Source: Gemmatimonadaceae bacterium (GTDB taxonomy: Bacteria > Gemmatimonadota > Gemmatimonadetes > Gemmatimonadales > Gemmatimonadaceae). From it: a stretch of 64,000 nucleotides of DNA. Below, piece after piece: positions 28,775-37,618 of the stretch (within the stretch, counting starts at the first letter, position 1; every line of letters begins with the position of its first letter). The notes beneath the pieces are model-generated. The model was not told the DNA's origin. It did no database searches and was given only the letters and a program-made list of their open reading frames with translations. Location of the stretch: NCBI GenBank assembly GCA_044224875.1, contig JBGAJQ010000022.1, positions 1 to 64,000 on the forward strand. Direction: 5' to 3'. Position numbers and translations under genes: made by a program.

Positions 28775-30027
28775 GTGAGAACGAGGCCGTCAGAATGAAC
28801 GCTCTCGGTCGACTGCACGGCAGCGGCCTCGCGGTCTTTCAATGCCCGCACGCGCTGCGGCAGACCGTACAACCGAATGAAACCAGCCGCATCGCTCTGC
28901 TGATACACATCGTCCTCGCCAAACGTGACGAAGCGCTCGTCATACAAGGCATGCTCGCTCTGACGGCCGGCGATCGCCACCGTCCCCTTGAAGAGCTTGA
29001 GCGAGACTGTGCCCGTGACCCGCTGTTGCACGACATTGATGAACGCGTCGTACGCATCACGCTCGGTCGTCCACCAGCGTCCCTCGTACACGAGGTCTGC
29101 ATAACGTGGGGCGATGGTGTCCTTTGCGGCGAGCGTTCGGCGATCGAGCACCAGCATTTCGAGTTCACTCAAGGCGGTGTACAAGAGCGTTCCGCCCGGC
29201 GTCTCGTAGATGCCGCGCGACTTCATGCCGATCAGCCGATCCTCGACGATGTCAGCCCGTCCCACGCCATGTCGTCCACCGATGGTGTTCAAAGCAAGGA
29301 TCAACTCCAGCGGATCCATCGCATCGCCGTTGACCGATACCGGCGTGCCGCTGACAAAGCCAATCGTGACCGTTTCCGGTTCGTTTGGTGCATCCGCGGG
29401 GTCAGTCGTCAGCAGGAACAGGTCCTTGGGTGGCGGCTGATTCGGATCCTCGAGCACGCCTCCTTCGTGCGAGATGTGCCAAAGGTTCCTGTCTCGCGAA
29501 TAGATCTTCTTGGAGGTCGCGGCCACCGGAATATTCCGCTCTGCCGCATAGGTCAAGGCATCTTCGCGGCTCCGGATGTGCCACGCACTCTCGCGCCACG
29601 GGGCAATCACCTTGAGCTCCGGCGCGAACGTCATGTACGTCAGCTCAAACCGTACCTGATCGTTTCCCTTGCCCGTGCAGCCGTGGGCGAGTGCATCCGC
29701 GCCGACCGCCCGAGCGACATCGACCTGCCGCTTGGCGATGATCGGACGCGCCATGGACGTCCCGAGGAGATACTTGCGATTGTAGACCGCACCGGCCCGT
29801 AGCGTGGGGTAGATGAAGTCCTCCACGAACTCGCGGCGCAGGTCTTCGACGTAGCACTCCGCCGCCCCAGAGGCGAGGGCTTTTTCGCGCACACCGCGCA
29901 ACTCGTCCGCGCCTTGTCCTACGTCGGCCGCAACGCAGATGACGCGCGCGTCGTAGTGCTCGCGCAGCCAAGGGACGATGATGGACGTATCGAGCCCGCC
30001 CGAATACGCGAGGGCGATGGTCTGCAT
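28771..30027 (-). CDS. argG: Argininosuccinate synthase
   Basis: LAYSGGLDTS, HGCTGKGNDQVRF, YSRD.NLWH.S.EGG, KSRGIYETPGG. Confidence 0.98.
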   Translation of the reverse strand: MQTIALAYSGGLDTSIIVPWLREHYDARVICVAADVGQGADELRGVREKALASGAAECYVEDLRREFVEDFIYPTLRAGAVYNRKYLLGTSMARPIIAKRQVDVARAVGADALAHGCTGKGNDQVRFELTYMTFAPELKVIAPWRESAWHIRSREDALTYAAERNIPVAATSKKIYSRDRNLWHISHEGGVLEDPNQPPPKDLFLLTTDPADAPNEPETVTIGFVSGTPVSVNGDAMDPLELILALNTIGGRHGVGRADIVEDRLIGMKSRGIYETPGGTLLYTALSELEMLVLDRRTLAAKDTIAPRYADLVYEGRWWTTERDAYDAFINVVQQRVTGTVSLKLFKGTVAIAGRQSEHALYDERFVTFGEDDVYQQSDAAGFIRLYGLPQRVRALKDREAAAVQSTESVHSDGLVLT

Positions 30028-30042
30028 TTCTATGCTCCACGC

Positions 30043-30098
30043 TAGGGATATGTATTCAGTAACCTTGCATAATTAGTAGCTTTCGCGGAGCCTGTCAA
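30043..30098 (-). promoter_or_regulatory. argG promoter with tandem ARG boxes
   Basis: Minus-strand TTGACA at 30098-30093; two 18-bp ARG-box-like elements, 30064-30081 (CTTGCATAATTAGTAGCT) and 30043-30060 (ACTGAATACATATCCCTA on minus), 3 nt apart. Confidence 0.7.
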
Positions 30099-30104
30099 CC
30101 CAAC

Positions 30105-30315
30105 GAGCGGATCGCTTGTGGGTGTTCGGGACCGCAGGCCGACGGGAAAGTCACAGGCCCCGAGGTCGCGAATTGCACCCACGTCACGCCGGTCGAGCCG
30201 GGGAGGTTCGAATCCCAAGTCGGGTGCGGGCCACGCGGAGCGGCGCCGCTCCGCTGACCGTATCGAAGCGTGTTCAGGAATGCCCACACGTGCGATCGCA
30301 CAAAGGTGGCCGCTC
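30105..30315 (+). ncRNA. Candidate structured non-coding RNA, family not recognised
   Basis: Closing stems GATCGC/GCGATC and TGTGGGTGTTC/GAATGCCCACA (two G-U pairs on + strand) enclose three branches, including a GGTTCGAATCC T-loop-like element and the 20-nt palindrome GCGGAGCGGCGCCGCTCCGC. Confidence 0.5.
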
Positions 30316-30356
30316 TTAACCAACTCGTGCGAGCGCGTGCGTGGATTTAGACGACG

Positions 30357-30809
30357 CTAGCGCTCGGCTAGGCGCTGGATACGCCGCTCCACACGCTCAC
30401 GGGCGGCGGCCGTTCGGCAGATGACCAAGATCGTGTTCTCGCCTCCGATTGTCCCGAGTACGTCAGCGAACCCCTCGGCGTCAATGCCCTCAGCAATGGG
30501 TTGAGCTCCACCGGGGATGGTCTTGATGACCAGGAGCTCGGACACCCCTTCACAGGAGGAAAAGAACTGCGGGAGCAGGTCGGACAACACGGCCCGTGAG
30601 TCATCCGCCATGGACTCAGGGTGTGCGTACCTCGCGCCATCGGGAGTCGGAATTCGAGCGAGCCTCATCTCACGGAGGTCGCGAGACAGGGTCGACTGAG
30701 TCACTTCAAGTCCGCGCTCCCTCAGCAGCTCTCGAAGTTCCTCTTGGCTAGCCACAGATCGGGAACGGACGAGGTCCGAAATCGCGGACTGACGGGCCTT
30801 CTTGTTCAC
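30357..30809 (-). CDS. argR: Arginine repressor
   Basis: KKARQ.AI, SQEEL, VTQSTLSRDL, VIKT.PG.AQ, VLGTIGGENTILVI; GTG 30809 gives 150 aa. Confidence 0.95.
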   Translation of the reverse strand: MNKKARQSAISDLVRSRSVASQEELRELLRERGLEVTQSTLSRDLREMRLARIPTPDGARYAHPESMADDSRAVLSDLLPQFFSSCEGVSELLVIKTIPGGAQPIAEGIDAEGFADVLGTIGGENTILVICRTAAARERVERRIQRLAER

Positions 30810-30907
30810 CAGGTCTCTCGTGCGCGGGGAAGTGCCGATCACTCTAGCGGTAACCGCGTCACCCCGTAAGTCGAAATCCAGCGATACGCGAAACAGACAA
30901 CGAGGAA

Positions 30908-30959
30908 TTGACAAGCGGTGATTGCAACAATATGCATTAACAATGCATAGAATCCCCGT
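30908..30959 (+). promoter_or_regulatory. argC promoter with tandem ARG boxes
   Basis: TTGACA at 30908-30913; ATTGCAACAATATGCATT (30921-30938) and AATGCATAGAATCCCCGT (30942-30959), 3 nt apart, the second covering the ATG. Confidence 0.7.
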
Positions 30960-31902
30960 GGGTATCCTCGGGGCCAGTGGATTCGCTGGCCGCGAGCTAG
31001 CCCGTCTTCTAGGGAACCATCCCAACTTCGACGTGGTCTTTGCCAGCGCCAACGAGCGCCGCGGCCAAGCGATTTCGATTGGGTCGCGCGAAATGACAAT
31101 GGTGGCCACCGAAGACGCCCCACTTCGTGAAGCGGAGCTGGTGTTCAGCGCGCTCCCCCATGGTGCATCGGGGAGCTGGGTGCAGCGCGTTGCCGCCGAG
31201 GGAAAGCGGGCCATCGACCTGTCGTCTGACCTTCGTCCGGGCCATACGTCGCTCATGGTTCCGTACGGCCTGACGGAGGTGCGCCGCGAAGATCTCGGGA
31301 GCGCCCAACTCATCGCGAACCCTGGCTGCTATCCCACGGCGATTCTGCTGGGCTTGCTCCCACTTCTCGAGGCCGACCTGATTGAGCCGGGATCCTGCGT
31401 CACTATCGACGCTGCCAGTGGCGTGAGTGGCGCCGGGAATTCGCCGAAGCCGGAGCTCATGTATGCGGAGGTCAGCGAGAACTTTCGGGCTTATGCCGTT
31501 GGAAACGAGCATCGTCACCTGCCCGAAATGAGGGCGATGGTGGCTGAGCACGATCGTGACATCGACCTGTTGTTTACTCCTCACCTCCTCCCTGTCGCGC
31601 GAGGCATTCTGGCAACGATTTCCGTGCCGCTTCGCGAGATTCCGGTCGACCTAATTGGCGTCTGGCGAGATCGCTACGCCGGAGAGCCGTTCGTGGAGGT
31701 TCGAGATGAGCTGCCGTCGTTGCACGATGTCGTCTATCGCAATGTGGCTCGGATGAGCGCGCGCCCCGCTGCGAATCTCCGCCGGCCAACGGCGATCCTC
31801 GTCGTCGCTATCGACAACCTTCTCAAGGGCGCGTCGGGCCAAGCCATTCAAAACGCAAATGTGGCCTTTGGCTTGAGCGAGCCCTGTGGGCTGCCTCGAT
31901 GA
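30943..31902 (+). CDS. argC: N-acetyl-gamma-glutamyl-phosphate reductase
   Basis: GASGFAG.EL, ALPHG, IDLSSDLR, IANPGCYPT, SGVSGAG, HRHLPE, IDNLLKGASGQAIQN. Confidence 0.96.
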   Translation: MHRIPVGILGASGFAGRELARLLGNHPNFDVVFASANERRGQAISIGSREMTMVATEDAPLREAELVFSALPHGASGSWVQRVAAEGKRAIDLSSDLRPGHTSLMVPYGLTEVRREDLGSAQLIANPGCYPTAILLGLLPLLEADLIEPGSCVTIDAASGVSGAGNSPKPELMYAEVSENFRAYAVGNEHRHLPEMRAMVAEHDRDIDLLFTPHLLPVARGILATISVPLREIPVDLIGVWRDRYAGEPFVEVRDELPSLHDVVYRNVARMSARPAANLRRPTAILVVAIDNLLKGASGQAIQNANVAFGLSEPCGLPR

Positions 31903-32651
31903 CCAGGGTCATCAAGATCGGCGGTCGAGCGCAGGGTGACGAAGGGCTCTTCGCGCAGATTGCCCAGTCCGCGATATCCGATCGCATCTGCATTGTGCAC
32001 GGTGGAGGCGACGAGGTCACTGCCCTGATGCGCCGTCTGGGTCGTGAACCCACGTTCGTGAACGGGCGACGCGTGACCACGAACGAGGATATCAGCGTCG
32101 TCCGGATGGTGCTATCGGGCTTGGCGAACAAGCGTCTCGTCAGCGCACTGACGAGCACCGGCGTTCGGGCAGTCGGAATTTCGGGTGAGGATGATGGGTT
32201 GATCTCGGCCACACTACTCGATGGTGGCGCGTTAGGCTGCGTCGGCGAGCCGGCGCAGGTCACGTCGACCCTGCTGCTCCATCTCATGGATGGCGGGTAC
32301 GTGCCGGTGGTTTCACCGGTTGGTCGCGGTCCGGCTGGAGAGGCGCTCAATATCAACGGCGACGACGCCGCGGCATCGATCGCCGCAGCGCTCGGCGCAG
32401 ATGAGCTCCTCTTCGTTGCCGACGTTCCCGGGGTGTTCGATGCGAGCGGCGCGACCATTCCCGAGTTGTATGCTGGCGATGTTGACCGGCTCATGGCGGG
32501 TGGTGTGGCCAAGGGCGGCATGCATGCAAAACTGGAAGCCTGTCTGCGCGCCTTGCGGGGTGGTGTGTCCGGTGTACGCATCGGCGATGTGCTGGCGATT
32601 GGCGATCCGCATCGCGGAACGTCGGTGCGTCTCTCTCCTTCAGCGGTTTAA
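31899..32651 (+). CDS. argB: Acetylglutamate kinase
   Basis: VIKIGG, VHGGG, G.RVT, NINGD, DVPGV, GGM..KL. Confidence 0.92.
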   Translation: MTRVIKIGGRAQGDEGLFAQIAQSAISDRICIVHGGGDEVTALMRRLGREPTFVNGRRVTTNEDISVVRMVLSGLANKRLVSALTSTGVRAVGISGEDDGLISATLLDGGALGCVGEPAQVTSTLLLHLMDGGYVPVVSPVGRGPAGEALNINGDDAAASIAAALGADELLFVADVPGVFDASGATIPELYAGDVDRLMAGGVAKGGMHAKLEACLRALRGGVSGVRIGDVLAIGDPHRGTSVRLSPSAV

Positions 32652-32654
32652 GCC

Positions 32655-33839
32655 ATGTCCACTATCACGTCTCCGATCGTCGACGCCCTCCTCCCAGTGT
32701 ACAAGCGTGCGCCAATGGAACTGGTGCGCGGCCAAGGCGTGATGTTGTTCGACGCCGATGGGAACTCGTACGTGGACTTCACGAGCGGTATTGCCGTAAA
32801 CTCGTTAGGGTACGGCGATCCGGGCCTTCGCCACGCCATGGAGCAAGCCGCCGACGGCCTGATTCACGCGTCCAACCTTTATCGGACAAGCCCTGGTGAG
32901 CGATTAGCTGAACGGCTGGTGGAGCTGTCGTTCGCCGATCGTGTATTCTTCTGCAATTCAGGTGCAGAGGCGAATGAGGGAGCGTTCAAAATCGCGCGTC
33001 GCTGGGCTCGCGGAATTGGCGGGCCCGCCAAGCATGAGATCATCTCGCTCCGTGGCGCCTTCCACGGTCGGCTGTTCGCCACGCTCGCGGCGACCGATCG
33101 ACCGTCGTACCGCGCGCCTTTCCGGCCACTCGCTGGCGGCGTGTCCATCGCCGAGCGTGACATCGACGACCTGCGGAGCATGCTCCACGAGGAGACAACC
33201 GCGGCCCTTATCCTCGAACCAATTCAGGGAGAAGGCGGCGTTCGGGTGCTGGACCCGGCATTCATACGGGCGGTTCGTGAGCTCACACGGGAGCGCCGTA
33301 TCGCACTGATTTTCGACGAAATTCAGTGTGGACTTGGGCGAACGGGGACACTGTTTGCGTACGAATCCACTGGCGCAACGCCGGACATCATGACACTGGC
33401 CAAGCCTATTGCCGGAGGCTTGCCTATGGGCGCCGTCCTGATGACAGAGGAGCTGGCGACGTCGATGAAGCCTGGGGATCACGGCACGACCTTTGGTGGT
33501 GGACCCTTTGTGGCATCGGTGGCATTGCACGTCGTGGATCGGTTGGCGGATCCGAGCCTTCTGTCCCACGTGAAGGCCGATGGCGCCTGGTTTGGTGCCA
33601 TGTTGAACGAGATTCGCGAACGAACGCACAAGGTGCGCGCGGTGCGCGGAAAGGGGTTCATGTGGGGCGTGGACGTTAGTGAGCCTGCCGGAGACATTGT
33701 CGCTCGTGCTCGCGAGAAAGGTCTGCTCGTACTGACCGCAGGTGAGCACACCCTCCGTATTTTGCCGCCGCTGGTAGCAACGCGCGCGGAACTCGCGAAC
33801 GGTCTCGCTCGGCTCGAAGCGGCGATGGATACACCCTGA
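32655..33839 (+). CDS. argD: Acetylornithine aminotransferase
   Basis: DFTSGIAVNSLG, FFCNSGAEANE, FHGR, EPIQGEGG, DEIQCGLGRTG, TLAK, HGTTFGG. Confidence 0.93.
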   Translation: MSTITSPIVDALLPVYKRAPMELVRGQGVMLFDADGNSYVDFTSGIAVNSLGYGDPGLRHAMEQAADGLIHASNLYRTSPGERLAERLVELSFADRVFFCNSGAEANEGAFKIARRWARGIGGPAKHEIISLRGAFHGRLFATLAATDRPSYRAPFRPLAGGVSIAERDIDDLRSMLHEETTAALILEPIQGEGGVRVLDPAFIRAVRELTRERRIALIFDEIQCGLGRTGTLFAYESTGATPDIMTLAKPIAGGLPMGAVLMTEELATSMKPGDHGTTFGGGPFVASVALHVVDRLADPSLLSHVKADGAWFGAMLNEIRERTHKVRAVRGKGFMWGVDVSEPAGDIVARAREKGLLVLTAGEHTLRILPPLVATRAELANGLARLEAAMDTP

Positions 33840-33903
33840 GCGCACTGCGATCTGACGCACCTTCAGGTGTTGGCCCTGCCGGCCTGACTTTCACACTGCG
33901 CCC

Positions 33904-34578
33904 ATGACGTCCTTTCCGTTTCGTGACCTCGAGTTCACCGAGCTACCGCTCGAGGTCACACTGGAGCGTGCACGGGCGTTCTTCGTGGAAATGAATGGGC
34001 GCCGAACCACGCGCCACTTCGACACGCGACCTGTTCCGCGGGAAGCCATCGAACTGGCTATTCGCACGGCTGGAACGGCGCCGAGCGGGGCGCACCAACA
34101 GCCGTGGACCTTTGTTGCCGTTTCTGATCCGGAAGTAAAGTCCGCGATTCGCGAAGCAGCGGAGCGGGAGGAGCAAGCGTTCTATAACGGTCGCGCGCCC
34201 GAAGAGTGGCGTCAGGCGCTCGCTCCATTGGGCACGGATGCGAGCAAGCCGCACTTAACCGACGCTCCATGGGTCGTTGTCGTGTTCCGCCACGCCTACG
34301 GCGTCGATGCCGAGGGCGCGAAGCACACGAACTACTACACCACGGAATCGGTTGGCATCGCGGTTGGGTTGTTCATCGCAGCCGTTCACCACATGGGGCT
34401 CGTGACGCTCACTCATACACCGAACCCCATGTCGTTCCTGTCACAGCTGCTGGAGCGACCGCCTAACGAGAAAGCATACCTGATCCTTCCCGTCGGCTAC
34501 CCAGCTCCTCGTGCACGCGTCCCCGACATCAAGCGCAAGACGATCGATGAGATCGTCGTGTGGAGGGAGTCCCGCTGA
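33904..34578 (+). CDS. Iodotyrosine deiodinase-like nitroreductase-superfamily protein
   Basis: RRTTRHF, AGTAPSGAHQQPW, IR.AAE.EE..FY, K..L, YYTTESVGIA, LTHTP, PVGYP. Confidence 0.85.
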   Translation: MTSFPFRDLEFTELPLEVTLERARAFFVEMNGRRTTRHFDTRPVPREAIELAIRTAGTAPSGAHQQPWTFVAVSDPEVKSAIREAAEREEQAFYNGRAPEEWRQALAPLGTDASKPHLTDAPWVVVVFRHAYGVDAEGAKHTNYYTTESVGIAVGLFIAAVHHMGLVTLTHTPNPMSFLSQLLERPPNEKAYLILPVGYPAPRARVPDIKRKTIDEIVVWRESR

Positions 34579-34605
34579 ACGACCGGGGGGTCGTCGGCCG
34601 ACGGG

Positions 34606-35163
34606 TCAGAACTGCGCTTTCGAGAATCCCACCTTGCCTTGATCGTACGAGGCCGATCCAACACGGCCCTCGACGAATCCGGAAATACCGCCGAGACGGA
34701 AGCGGAAGCCAGCGCCGGCATCCATCGTAAACTTGCTCTGTGACAGGTCGCCAGACGTTGTCCCGTCTGGAGTCTTCAAACTTAGGACGCCGCCTCCGGC
34801 CATCACGTACAATCCGCCGGCCAGCGGTAGCTCAAGGTTGCCAAGCGCGCCAAACATCTGAGTGTCACCTGAGCCATAGCTGCCGCCGCTAGTGCTCGCG
34901 TCTTTCAGCGAAAACCGCGTGAGTGAGACCTCGGGTCGCAGCGCGATGGGGAACCCAGCGATCGTGACGAGCAGCGACGCATCGTAGTGAAATCCGGTGT
35001 CGTGCAGGTCCTTAAGGTCTCCCGAAGGAACGGTGAGCCCGCCGCTCACTACGACCCGAATGGGTCGATTGCTACCCGCGCCAGGTGCCTGCGCCTGCAA
35101 TAGCGACGAGCCCCCCATCACGGAAACACCACACCACAATACGCTTCGCCAAAGTGCACGCAT
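34606..35163 (-). CDS. Small outer-membrane beta-barrel protein
   Basis: Signal peptide ending LQAQ, alternating-hydrophobic strands (YVMAGGG, DAGAGFRF, FVEGR), terminal Phe; possibly missing its last strand. Confidence 0.7.
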   Translation of the reverse strand: MRALWRSVLWCGVSVMGGSSLLQAQAPGAGSNRPIRVVVSGGLTVPSGDLKDLHDTGFHYDASLLVTIAGFPIALRPEVSLTRFSLKDASTSGGSYGSGDTQMFGALGNLELPLAGGLYVMAGGGVLSLKTPDGTTSGDLSQSKFTMDAGAGFRFRLGGISGFVEGRVGSASYDQGKVGFSKAQF

Positions 35164-35410
35164 TGAGACGCCTCCGAAGCATTGTCCGCCGTCCGGGACC
35201 ATCGTGGAACCGCAAGGCGCAACATGCCACGTGTTGCCGGTGCGCGCGAGAGCCTGGAGTCGAGGACTGGCCGTCCGGCGTTTCCCGCCCGACCAGCGCA
35301 GAACGCGCTGTCCTCGCGCAGCACCCGCGGCAATGGGCAGGAGCGGCGACGTTGGATTCCTGCCACGGCGAGCGGATGTACATTGAGCGTCTACCTAGAC
35401 CGTGAGCACC

Positions 35411-37000
35411 ATGCGACGCATTCTGATCGCCCTGAACGTTCTCGTCGCCTTCGGCGCATTGTCCCTCGGAGCGCAGGCCGTTCGCCCGGCGATGAGCGCG
35501 CGAACACCACGACTGATAGTGTTCTTTACGATCGATCAGCTGCGACCGGACTACCTAACGCTTTTCGGAGGGCAGTTCACCGGCGGGTTTGCCAAGCTTC
35601 TCAAGAACGGCGCATTTTTTTCCAACGGCCTTCAGGATCATGCAATCACGGAAACCGCTCCCGGCCACGCGTCCACGATGTCCGGGCGATTTCCGAAAAG
35701 CACCGGCATTGTAGCGAACAACGCGGGCGTCATCGACAACCAGTCACCACTGATTGGCGCCCGCGGTGATGGCGCATCGCCATTTCGCTTCCGCGGCACA
35801 ACGCTCACCGATTGGCTTCGATACGCGAATCCAGCCACGCGTGCCCTCTCGGTGTCTCGAAAGGACCGTGGCGCGATCCTGCCACTTGGCCGCGCCATGC
35901 AAAATGTGTTCTGGTACGCGACCAACGGCACGTTTACAACCAGCACGTACTACGCTGACACACTTCCCGACTGGGTAAAGCGATTCAACAACCGGAAGTT
36001 GGCGCAATCGTATGCTGGCAAGCGATGGGAGCTGTTGCTCGCGCCAGCTGCGTACCCTGAAGCGGATAGCGTGCCAACGGAGAGCAGTGGTTCGGACTTT
36101 GTGTTTCCACATTCCTTTCCAGCTGACTCGGGCCAGGCCGCGGCCGCGCTGATGAACATGCCCATGATGGACGAGGTGACGCTCGCCCTGGCGTTGGAGG
36201 GCGTTCGACAACTTGGACTCGGCGCAGCGGATCGGACCGACGTGCTTGCCGTGTCGCTCTCCACGACAGATGCCGTCGGCCATCGGTTTGGACCGGACTC
36301 CCGCGAGATTCACGATCAAGTCGTTCGGCTGGACCGATACCTTGGCGCGTTTCTCGACTCGCTCTTCAAGTTGCGTGACTCCACCAAAGTCCTCATCGCC
36401 CTCACGGCGGATCATGCCGTGGCTCCCCTTCCGGAGTCACGATCGCGGTATCCGAATGTCGGGGCTGGGCGCGTGAACCTTGGACCGGTGTGGAACGCCA
36501 CCCGGTCGCGTTTGATCGCCGCCGGAGCGGATTCGGAAGGCATTGCCTTTGATGAGGCGGTGTTGTATCTGCATCCCGATGCCTTGGCGCCCGCCGGATT
36601 GAAGTCCGACTCCGTGGCCCGTGTCTTTGCTCGCGAGGCATCTGCGGTGAACGGTGTCTTACGTGTTGACCTGGTGCGCGAGCTGGCGATGAAGGACACG
36701 ACACGCGACGACATTGCGCGTCGTTGGCTCCACATGCTGCCACCGGATCTCCCGGCAGCCGCAACAGTGACGCTGAAACCCTATTGGTATTGGGCAGGCG
36801 TGACCTATGCCACGCACGGCACGCCGCACACGTATGACGCGAATGTTCCGATCATCTTGTGGGGGTCTCGCGTGAAACCCGGACGATTCCCACAACGTGT
36901 TCGCGTTGTCGATCTTGCTCCCACTCTGGCCGAGCTGGCTGGCGTACGCCCGATGGAGCGGTTGGACGGTATCGTCTTGCGCGACGTCCTCCGACCGTAG
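35411..37000 (+). CDS. Alkaline phosphatase, PafA/nucleotide pyrophosphatase type
   Basis: IDQLRPDY, TETAPGH (Thr nucleophile), SRKDRGAI, D.VGH.FGP.S, LTADH, HGTP..YD..VP. Confidence 0.9.
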   Translation: MRRILIALNVLVAFGALSLGAQAVRPAMSARTPRLIVFFTIDQLRPDYLTLFGGQFTGGFAKLLKNGAFFSNGLQDHAITETAPGHASTMSGRFPKSTGIVANNAGVIDNQSPLIGARGDGASPFRFRGTTLTDWLRYANPATRALSVSRKDRGAILPLGRAMQNVFWYATNGTFTTSTYYADTLPDWVKRFNNRKLAQSYAGKRWELLLAPAAYPEADSVPTESSGSDFVFPHSFPADSGQAAAALMNMPMMDEVTLALALEGVRQLGLGAADRTDVLAVSLSTTDAVGHRFGPDSREIHDQVVRLDRYLGAFLDSLFKLRDSTKVLIALTADHAVAPLPESRSRYPNVGAGRVNLGPVWNATRSRLIAAGADSEGIAFDEAVLYLHPDALAPAGLKSDSVARVFAREASAVNGVLRVDLVRELAMKDTTRDDIARRWLHMLPPDLPAAATVTLKPYWYWAGVTYATHGTPHTYDANVPIILWGSRVKPGRFPQRVRVVDLAPTLAELAGVRPMERLDGIVLRDVLRP

Positions 37001-37618
37001 ATGCGACGCCGACCCTCGGTTCAGAAGGCGTTCGATGAGGCGCGGTTTGGGCCGACGAGGATCCTCAATTTGCGAGATGGTCTCCCGAGCGGGGCGGAGG
37101 CTACACGACGAGCGGAAGGCTGGCTCCGCGCGAAGCAGATCGAACGTGCCGGTGAAGTGCTCGTTGTGACCGGGCGGGGAAACGGTAGCCTCGATGGCAT
37201 TGCCGTCATCAAGTCTGACATCGAGCGGCTCATCACCCGGCTGCGCCATCAAGGGGTCATCAGCGAGGCGCGCGAGCATACTGCCGGGTCGTTTGTGCTG
37301 ACGGTAGCCCCACTCCGCATGCTCTTCGAAGCGGCGGCGCGTCAGGGCACCAAGACCGGCACGCGCGGGTCAGCGGCCCCCGCTCCAGTCTCGCCCGGAT
37401 GGCGCGCCCTCGAGCCCGAAACTCGCCACGCGATGCGTCAGTTGGCGTTGCGAGCGATCGAGTCGCTCGGGGTCCAGCAGCCGACGGAGGACATGATCCA
37501 ATCCGAGATGGAGCGGCAGTTCACACTGCTCACCCGACATATCGGGCCGGGCGAGCTCAACGAGAAGGCGCTCGGAGCCGCCCTGATTCGGGCCCTCGAG
37601 GAATACGAAGAGGGCTAG
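37001..37618 (+). CDS. Smr/MutS2-domain-like protein
   Basis: LNLR...A...A...L, VLVVTGRGNGS, GSFVL, then an extra helical C-terminal region. Confidence 0.7.
   Translation: MRRRPSVQKAFDEARFGPTRILNLRDGLPSGAEATRRAEGWLRAKQIERAGEVLVVTGRGNGSLDGIAVIKSDIERLITRLRHQGVISEAREHTAGSFVLTVAPLRMLFEAAARQGTKTGTRGSAAPAPVSPGWRALEPETRHAMRQLALRAIESLGVQQPTEDMIQSEMERQFTLLTRHIGPGELNEKALGAALIRALEEYEEG

Noticed and set aside
28795..29802. 335-aa plus-strand ORF (and similar long ORFs 22457-23209, 32958-33860, 45675-46676, 47558-48490, 53857-54705, 56672-57712)
   Set aside because: All are antisense to well-supported genes, as expected in GC-rich DNA.
30072..30077. Additional ATTAGT/ACTAAT half-sites (also 5659 and 24382)
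   Set aside because: No partner half-site at the 11-nt spacing; two lie inside coding sequence.
30141..30152. RNase P RNA suggested by GGGAAAGTC
   Set aside because: The region is too short and lacks GAGGAAAGTCC and the 3' ACAGAA..CGGCTTA signature.
30175..30227. tRNA gene suggested by GGTTCGAATCCC
   Set aside because: No complete 5-bp T stem, anticodon arm, 7-bp acceptor stem or CCA; kept only as part of the larger RNA candidate.
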